Assembly (NCBI GenBank): GCA_964342815.1
Contig: CAYFHS010000008.1
Span: 1 to 64,000 of the forward strand
Source: an uncultured archaeon
GTDB taxonomy: Archaea; Thermoplasmatota; Penumbrarchaeia; JASLWR01
Direction: 5' to 3'
Length of the DNA: 64,000 nucleotides
Both the position numbers and the translations under genes were made by a program. Positions 57,412 through 64,000 of the stretch are shown here, piece after piece. Positions within the stretch are counted from its first letter, which is position 1, and each line of letters begins with the position of its first letter. The notes beneath the pieces were generated by a model. The model saw only the letters and a program-made list of their open reading frames with translations. It was not told the origin of the DNA and searched no databases.

Positions 57412-60339
57412 ATGAATTCGGATCAGAATGGATATTGCAGCTTGAAAAACGGAGTTCTCACGGTTATTCTCGCATTGTTTTTTCTTGTTTCCATGTTTTT
57501 TGTTATGGAAGCCGAGTCCCAGGGGGCCGACGCGGCACCTAGAGCAAGTTTCGATCTGGAAAAGTATTATTTCAATACGGGGGAATCGATTTTTTTTGAT
57601 GCGACCAATTCCTCCTGTTCCGTAGGGGAAACACTACTCTATCTTTGGGATTTCGGTGACGGAGTGATTAAGAATACTCAAGAATGTACCATAAATCATA
57701 CCTATGAAAAACCCAATCTGTACACAATAACTCTTACTGTTTCAGACTCGGGCAGCGAAACCAGCTCGGCATCTATCGCAATAAATGTTTCAGACCAACA
57801 TCCTATTGTCACCATCACCCCCCCTTCTCATCCGGTCAAAACCAATACACCGGCCGTTTTTGAAGCATCTCCACATTATATCGTCGATCATCTGGTACTT
57901 TACGAATGGGATTTCGACGGGGATGGTGTAACAGACATTTTTTCACCCGATCGAAAGGTGCTCTACACTTTTTCAAACGTAAGCTCGGATTTACCTATCT
58001 CCTGCCATCTCACGGATTACAACGGCATCCTGAGCAAGGAAAAGTCTTTTATTACAATAGATATTGTTAAAGATTGGTATACCCTTGATATTACATCACC
58101 GGAACCTGACGCCGAATTGGAAGTGAATAAGGAAATATCTTTTACAGTTACCCTGCGCAACGGAAGCGGCCATTTGCTGGAGAACCAATCTCGAGACTGG
58201 ATCCATATTCAAACCGGTGAGTGGATATTTTATCAATGGGATTTCGACGGCGACGGATATCCCGATGAGATCACTGAGGAGAATCATACAACCTATACCT
58301 ACGACAAGTCCTTTTCGGATGAAGAATTTTCAACGACTATCAATATGTCTGTAAAAGTATCCAATACTACTGAAATATTTTTCATCACTGACCATCTTGA
58401 AATAAAAATAGAACCATTTGTGGACTCCTGGGAAACACTTTCCGACACAATGGTCATTGCAATTCTTGCCATATGCGGTTTTATAATCGTCGTGGGTTTT
58501 TTCGGAACTGCCGCCCTTAAAAAATACGGTATCCCAGAGGTTCTTTCCCTGGTGACATTAGGTGTGATCATGGTTCCAATTTTAGGTTTGATGGAGCCGG
58601 AACCCATGTTTCGTATCTCTACAGTATTCGGATCCCTGGCCCTTATGATCATACTGTTCGATGGTGGTTTGACCCTGAATTTGCAAAGGGTTAGAGAAGA
58701 AAGCTCCCGAGCATTCTTATTGGCCCTGATTGGTTTTATTATCACGATTTCAACCGTAGGATTCTTTACAGGCATGCTCCTTTTCGACAATAACTGGTTA
58801 GTTGGCATATTATTTGGTGCCGTAATAGGGGGTACCAGCGGGTCAATCGTGCTTCCCTTGATCTCAAAGCTGAAAGTCTCGGACAGTACAAAGACTTTAG
58901 TAAGCATCGAATCCACAATAACAGATGTGCTTTGTATCGTGGTCGTAATAGCCATAGCAAATTATATATCGCCTATGTCCGGGAGCGTTGGTGCGGGAGC
59001 GGGTTTCAAGGCAGCGGTCTCGACTTTGTCAGGTGCATTTTTGAAGGGATTCGGATCCGGTTTGATACTAGGCCTGTTTTGGATCACGGTATTGAAGAGA
59101 TTACAGAAATTTCAGTACAGTTTCATGCTCACCATAGCAGTGGTATTCCTGTTATATGCGGTAAACGAATATGCAGAAGGATCAGGGCCAATCAGTGTAT
59201 TGATATTTGGATTGATACTTGCAAACGGCAGGGAGTTCGGCGCGATGCTGAGAATTAAAAATGTCAGTGAGATATCAAAGTCCATGAAAGATTTTCATTC
59301 CCAGCTTTCATTCATAATAAGGACTTTTTTCTTTGTTTTCCTAGGTATCATAGTTAGAAGAGAATTATTTTTTGAAGTTGAAAGTCTGAAAATATGGGGA
59401 TACGGACTGGCGCTGGTGGTGATAATCGCATTCGCACGATGGCTTGCCGTCAAGATCGTGGTCCGGAAGGGAGAGGCCAAAAAGGATCAAGGATTACTAT
59501 CGAAATTGCTCCCACGAGGTCTGGCTGCAGCAGTTCTTGCTTTGGTGCCTGTTACCTATCATTTTATCGACAATGATATATTTACTAAAGACCAGAGTGA
59601 TATGTTTTTCAATCTGGCCTTCGTGATTATCCTGTTCTCGGTAATTTACACAACAATTGGCGTTCCCCTCTGGCAGCGGAAGAGGAGAATGACAGGATAT
59701 TGTGAGATCGACAAGAAAATAATCGAAAGTGGGATCAATGAAAAGCAGACTGGCAAGACGAAAGCGGCAAAAGAGAAAGAAAAAGCCCCCAGACCACCGA
59801 AAAAAGATACTTCGAAAAAAGGAAACAGAACCCAAAAGAGAGGATCCTCTGGGAAAGGAAAGAGAGGTTCCTCGGACAAAAAAAGTGGGAAATCATCGCC
59901 AAAAGGTAAATCGAATAACATGAACAGGAAGAAACAGGGAAATTCCAACCGCCGAGGCCGAGCCGGAAAGACCGGAAGATCCCGTGAGGGGAGGGCGAAA
60001 AAAGATATAGGGAAAAGTGAAAAAAGAAATGAACTTTCGTCTCTAACAGAAAATATAGATACAGATCTCGAGCATTGGGAACCTGATGGGGATTCCTTTG
60101 ATGAGGAGGACGGGATTATTCCCTCGAGTAATAAAGAAATCTCTCCCAGCAAGTTACTGGACCGGATCATGGAAAGCGGACCCGATCGCGACGATCATAG
60201 GGACAGCCAGTCCAAACGAACGCGTTCCAATAGACACGAAGATATCTCAAAAATGCTGAATAGCCTTGAGCACGAACCTCTCCTGCCTATCAGGGAAGAT
60301 ACTGTCCCATTTGAGGACCCTTCAATGGACTATCTTTGA
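57412..60339 (+). CDS. Three extracellular PKD domains fused to an NhaP-like cation:proton antiporter with Lys/Arg-rich then acidic tail
   Basis: WDFGDG/WDFDGDG PKD units; ILFDGGL..L, GGTSGSIV, IESTITDVL, FFVFLG, PRGLAAAVLA; ATG 57412 after GAGGTGA. Confidence 0.85.
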   Translation: MNSDQNGYCSLKNGVLTVILALFFLVSMFFVMEAESQGADAAPRASFDLEKYYFNTGESIFFDATNSSCSVGETLLYLWDFGDGVIKNTQECTINHTYEKPNLYTITLTVSDSGSETSSASIAINVSDQHPIVTITPPSHPVKTNTPAVFEASPHYIVDHLVLYEWDFDGDGVTDIFSPDRKVLYTFSNVSSDLPISCHLTDYNGILSKEKSFITIDIVKDWYTLDITSPEPDAELEVNKEISFTVTLRNGSGHLLENQSRDWIHIQTGEWIFYQWDFDGDGYPDEITEENHTTYTYDKSFSDEEFSTTINMSVKVSNTTEIFFITDHLEIKIEPFVDSWETLSDTMVIAILAICGFIIVVGFFGTAALKKYGIPEVLSLVTLGVIMVPILGLMEPEPMFRISTVFGSLALMIILFDGGLTLNLQRVREESSRAFLLALIGFIITISTVGFFTGMLLFDNNWLVGILFGAVIGGTSGSIVLPLISKLKVSDSTKTLVSIESTITDVLCIVVVIAIANYISPMSGSVGAGAGFKAAVSTLSGAFLKGFGSGLILGLFWITVLKRLQKFQYSFMLTIAVVFLLYAVNEYAEGSGPISVLIFGLILANGREFGAMLRIKNVSEISKSMKDFHSQLSFIIRTFFFVFLGIIVRRELFFEVESLKIWGYGLALVVIIAFARWLAVKIVVRKGEAKKDQGLLSKLLPRGLAAAVLALVPVTYHFIDNDIFTKDQSDMFFNLAFVIILFSVIYTTIGVPLWQRKRRMTGYCEIDKKIIESGINEKQTGKTKAAKEKEKAPRPPKKDTSKKGNRTQKRGSSGKGKRGSSDKKSGKSSPKGKSNNMNRKKQGNSNRRGRAGKTGRSREGRAKKDIGKSEKRNELSSLTENIDTDLEHWEPDGDSFDEEDGIIPSSNKEISPSKLLDRIMESGPDRDDHRDSQSKRTRSNRHEDISKMLNSLEHEPLLPIREDTVPFEDPSMDYL

Positions 60340-60381
60340 TTTTTAGATTAGAACGGGTCTTCTTTAATTATTACGAAAGAT

Positions 60382-61344
60382 GTGATATTGATGGATTTTC
60401 GCAAGGTAAAGGACATTGAAATATCGGATAAACTCACGGTTTCCGAACTTATCGAAAAACTCTACGACGCAGGGGGTTTTTCTGCCAAAAAGGTAGCCGA
60501 AGCAGCAAGGATATTAAGCACTATGGTCAGGAAGAAGGATTGTACCGTATTTCTATCGTTCCCCGCCTGTATTATATCCACGGGTACCCGAGGCGTTATT
60601 AGATATCTCGTTGAAAAAAAGCTTGTGGACGTAATAATCACAACTTGCGGTACGCTGGACCACGATCTTGCCCGCATATGGGCTGACTATTATCATGGTG
60701 ATTTCAGGGGGGATGATCTGGAACTGCACAGGCAGGGTATCAACCGCCTGGGTAACATATTCATACCCAACGATTCCTACGGAACTGTTCTTGAGAGGAA
60801 TATGCAGCCGATATTGAATGAAATATATGATTCGGGACATAAAGAGCTGGGTACGAGAGAGATCATCGAGGAGTTTGGTAAACGGATTACCGATAGAAAT
60901 TCCATTATTTACTGGGCGAACCGTAACGACATTCCGATATACGTACCGGGAATAACCGACGGTGCATTCGGTTCGCAGATATGGCTATTTACCCAAACCC
61001 ACCGAGATTTCAAGATCGACCTAATGCGCGATGAACAGGAAATTTCGGACATAGTTTTCGATGCAAAGGAATCCGGGGCTCTGATGCTAGGGGGCGGTAT
61101 CTCAAAGCATCATACGATCTGGTGGAACCAGTTCAGAGACGGATTGGACTATGCAGTGTATATCACCACCGCCGTGGAATACGACGGCTCTTTAAGCGGT
61201 GCTCAGATAAGGGAAGCGGTTTCATGGGGGAAGGTCCGGGAGGACGCAAAGTACATTACCGTGGAGGGTGAAGTTACACTGATACTGCCTCTTCTGATAG
61301 CTAATCTAAACGATGAACTACTAAAGCCAAATCACACCGAATAA
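60382..61344 (+). CDS. dys: Deoxyhypusine synthase
   Basis: GGFSAK, INRLGNIF, PGITDGAFG, LGGGISKHH, DGSLSGA..EAVSWGK. Confidence 0.96.
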   Translation: MILMDFRKVKDIEISDKLTVSELIEKLYDAGGFSAKKVAEAARILSTMVRKKDCTVFLSFPACIISTGTRGVIRYLVEKKLVDVIITTCGTLDHDLARIWADYYHGDFRGDDLELHRQGINRLGNIFIPNDSYGTVLERNMQPILNEIYDSGHKELGTREIIEEFGKRITDRNSIIYWANRNDIPIYVPGITDGAFGSQIWLFTQTHRDFKIDLMRDEQEISDIVFDAKESGALMLGGGISKHHTIWWNQFRDGLDYAVYITTAVEYDGSLSGAQIREAVSWGKVREDAKYITVEGEVTLILPLLIANLNDELLKPNHTE

Positions 61345-61451
61345 AAAAACTATACACTACCGGGTTTATTTGATTCAGGCTATAATGCGGGGAAAATATT
61401 TTTTAGGAAAGCTTTAAAATTTAAGACATTTATTGACCGGGAAGTGATACT

Positions 61452-61853
61452 GTGACAGGGAAAAAGATTTCTTTAAAGCAGAGAATTAAGGACAATCGCA
61501 TTTGGATATCATTGATTACCGCAATTATTGGGGCTGCAGGACTTTTCTTTTCGATCTGCGGCGACCCTGTCTTCGGTGTCTGGAACGTTGGCATTATGAT
61601 GGATTTTGCCAATATGGTTGGAGATTGGAACTGGTGGATATTCCTTCTATCCATAATCGCGGCCATTGCGGGAGCCGGGTATTTTATTGATTTTCTAAGG
61701 AAAAAAAGCGAGTTTATGGAGTTGCTCGACACGAACTCGAAGAAGGCCTATCTGGAAAAACAGGATGATATCGAAATGTTGGCATGGAAACTTGGTACTT
61801 CCTTCGAGGCTCTCGTGGATGAGAAGATGGCGCAATTGAGAATTAAACGGTAA
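61452..61853 (+). CDS. Small membrane protein, DUF3198-like
   Basis: Two TM helices then FMELLDTNSKKAY...EMLAWKLG; resembles a Thermoplasmata-type family. Confidence 0.6.
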   Translation: MTGKKISLKQRIKDNRIWISLITAIIGAAGLFFSICGDPVFGVWNVGIMMDFANMVGDWNWWIFLLSIIAAIAGAGYFIDFLRKKSEFMELLDTNSKKAYLEKQDDIEMLAWKLGTSFEALVDEKMAQLRIKR

Positions 61854-61863
61854 AAACCTACGG

Positions 61864-62223
61864 GTGAAAGATATGGCAGCCTATTGCAACCGGTGTGAAA
61901 GATACATAAACCAGTATTGTGACCGATGCGGTGGTAACGCTGGTATCAGCTATTGTGAGATGTACGCCTGCGGGGGGACCATGATATGCCCCATCTGCGG
62001 AAATAACGAACTGGTTGCAAGGAAAGACTTCAAGAAGGAAAAGGAGGAGGGTTCCAGTGCTGCTGACCGACGGCCCGGATGGAATGCAGTAAGGGAAGGA
62101 AAGGGTAATAAAGGGAGTCCTGAGGGACGCTGCCCTGTTTGTGGATACGATATCAAACCTACCTGGAAGTACTGTCCCGAATGCGGTGTCAGGTTCTCTA
62201 CACTGTCCAGGACAAGAGAATAA
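61864..62223 (+). CDS. Cys-rich zinc-ribbon protein
   Basis: CNRC, CDRC, CEMYAC, CPIC, CPVC..CPEC. Confidence 0.75.
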   Translation: MKDMAAYCNRCERYINQYCDRCGGNAGISYCEMYACGGTMICPICGNNELVARKDFKKEKEEGSSAADRRPGWNAVREGKGNKGSPEGRCPVCGYDIKPTWKYCPECGVRFSTLSRTRE

Positions 62224-62234
62224 TTTTTTGTAAA

Positions 62235-63332
62235 TCAATATTTCAGTTTGGCGGCGGTCTTCCTGCTGGTTCTTGCATAATTGTACGGAATCCGACCTAT
62301 GATGAATATTAATACTGCCAGCCCCAACCAACCTAATATTCCTTTGATATCGGGTAGACCCGTCATACCAATATAATACTTCAGGATATCGAGGCCGGCC
62401 ATTATGATCAGGCCGCTGGAAATAAGAGTAAAAAGTGTCAATATAATTGAGCTTACGAGATAGCCTTTTCTGATATAGATATCCAGAAGCCTTCCTATGG
62501 TATACAAACCACCTGCCGCAATAAGATACCACAATGAATCATTTAGAATTATTACGGTACTCTCGATCAATGTGTTCTGTGGGTCCTTTTTTACCTCGTA
62601 AGCGGAAAGTCCCACGGCAACCACAACTAGAACCACTGCGATTATACCTGTAAATGTGGAGACATATCCCTTTTCGACCCCTGCCCTGAAATCTCTCGCG
62701 AATCTTACTACGCCTTCTTCGAGATGATATATCCTTACTATTAGGTATATGCCAATGATCAGAAGAATAGTTGGTATGCCGATATCTGGAATGGATAGAA
62801 AAGCTGCTAGAACCGAACTTATTCCCCAGAAAAACAGAAGCAATGCAACCGGCAACATGAACTTCTTCTGGATCTTATCGTCACTCATTAACCTGGTTAT
62901 CAGATAATATGTATCCTCGATACTTTTTCGCTGCTTTACCACAACTCGTTCTATGGAATTCACTGTGATGCGGGATGTGACCACCGGTATAATGAACTCG
63001 TCCTCCGCCCCGTCAGAAACCAATATCACACCGGAGGGTTCGATCTCCTTGATCACTATGTCCAATTGTGTCGCTATGACCTCGTCCGAACGCTTTCCCA
63101 CCCTTTTGTCACCGCAAATTGTCACTATCTCAACAGGTCTCCCCTCCCGTTTCAATTCGTCGTATATTCGGATACCGGCCATTGAGGTATTGACGTCGCT
63201 GTCCTCCGGATCCGCAAGTGCCAGAGCCACGGCTGCGTCCAGATTCTCCTGTCGGCCGATAATGGGAGAAATGATACTGGCCTTTTCGCCCATGTCATCA
63301 TCCCGATCCACGCAAAGTACCAGTGTTTTCAT
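62235..63332 (-). CDS. DUF373 family membrane protein
   Basis: LVLCVDRDDD.G.K, DPEDSDVN, VSDGAEDE, VVVKQ..IEDTY. Confidence 0.9.
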   Translation of the reverse strand: MKTLVLCVDRDDDMGEKASIISPIIGRQENLDAAVALALADPEDSDVNTSMAGIRIYDELKREGRPVEIVTICGDKRVGKRSDEVIATQLDIVIKEIEPSGVILVSDGAEDEFIIPVVTSRITVNSIERVVVKQRKSIEDTYYLITRLMSDDKIQKKFMLPVALLLFFWGISSVLAAFLSIPDIGIPTILLIIGIYLIVRIYHLEEGVVRFARDFRAGVEKGYVSTFTGIIAVVLVVVAVGLSAYEVKKDPQNTLIESTVIILNDSLWYLIAAGGLYTIGRLLDIYIRKGYLVSSIILTLFTLISSGLIIMAGLDILKYYIGMTGLPDIKGILGWLGLAVLIFIIGRIPYNYARTSRKTAAKLKY

Positions 63333-63485
63333 CCGTCATTACCCTTTCCGTTAAAAAAAAACCTATTCAGTCATAATTGGTAAACTCTATTACAAACTAT
63401 AATATCCCATTTTTTAATATAAGTATTTTCCTGTCTGCCGTTAGGGAAGGGATATAACTAAAACAGGACTAATTGGGAAATAAGA

Positions 63486-63635
63486 TTAGGCGCCACGGGA
63501 CATCTTGGCCTTGGGCCTTAAACCTTTATAACCGCACTTTCTGCATCTGGTAGCCCTTGGTGGATTCCTGGCATTGCAGCTCATGCAGATCTTTTTATTC
63601 AGAAGTCGTTCTTCCGCTTCCTTGAACCTTGCCAT
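63486..63635 (-). CDS. rpl40e: 50S ribosomal protein L40e (absent from ORF track)
   Basis: Manual translation [49 protein letters not shown]; SD GGAGG. Confidence 0.95.
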   Translation of the reverse strand: MARFKEAEERLLNKKICMSCNARNPPRATRCRKCGYKGLRPKAKMSRGA

Positions 63636-63662
63636 TGACAGTTCCTCCTTGTTTTACTTGAA

Positions 63663-63930
63663 AAGCCAAGTCTTACTGGTTTGGCTTGAAAGTTTGGCGA
63701 GCCAGAAGGGTCGCCTTTACTTGACAAGTCACTACTTGTCCAGTGTGACACGCTCGCAGGCTTACTAGCTGAGGGCGCAGCAATACCTGAAAGGTGTTGC
63801 GTAACCTGACCGCAAACTTGCGAGCAGGGATAGGAACATCTCAGATGTTTCAAGACGAAGTGTGCGCCATCAAGTGTGTCTTCACCCTACAGCGGCCTCA
63901 CGGAAACCGCAAAGTGGTATTTAACAGTTC
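63663..63930 (+). ncRNA. Candidate structured ncRNA (copy 2, with extra hairpins)
   Basis: Dense array of hairpins; core 63751-63871 homologous to 46810-46883 (minus). Confidence 0.5.
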
Positions 63931-64000
63931 TCCGCTTGAAAGCACTTTATACCCAAAGAATCTCATTTGAAGAGACCCTTCCAATTGTAATCGTCCCACA

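Noticed and set aside
24-63354. Numerous 60-220-aa ORFs antisense to or nested in the long genes (e.g. 6546-7058, 50031-50603, 58299-58955, 59646-60170)
   Set aside because: They are shadow frames of well-supported genes, often mirroring low-complexity codon usage, with no independent motifs or SD sites.
63599-63853. 84-aa minus-strand ORF in the track
   Set aside because: It overlaps the real rpl40e start and the hairpin-rich RNA-like region, and has no protein-like features.

Overview
Archaeal genomic window, most likely an uncultured Thermoplasmatota (Thermoplasmata-like) lineage. This is inferred from GGTGA-type Shine-Dalgarno sites, class I LysRS, class I CCA enzyme, Hef, deoxyhypusine synthase, eL40, and DUF3198- and DUF373-like proteins. 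About half the window encodes large secreted or single-pass surface proteins (PKD, TSP3-like, Kelch, CARDB, PPC and Ig-like repeats, one clostripain) with acidic cytoplasmic tails. Housekeeping genes are interspersed: hef, tRNA-Ser(CGA), rocD, htpX, an acyl-CoA mutase large subunit, cobO, mobB, EndoQ-like, adkA, GT4, lysS, phosphopantothenate synthetase, cca, thpR, dys and rpl40e. The most unusual observations are: (1) two diverged copies of an unrecognised, covarying structured-RNA-like element (46.8 kb minus, 63.8 kb plus); (2) an orphan three-gene phage-tail/eCIS-like cassette preceded by a membrane-protein gene bracketed by an exact 65-bp direct repeat; (3) a four-gene cluster of coiled-coil protein, SPFH-SHOCT, Kelch receptor Ser/Thr kinase and FHA protein; (4) fusions of helical-repeat-JAMM, PKD x3-cation:proton antiporter, and membrane domain-NadM; (5) an acyl-CoA mutase with isobutyryl-CoA-mutase-type residues. 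No CRISPR array, integrase or transposase was seen. All family assignments come from motif recognition by eye, not database searches.
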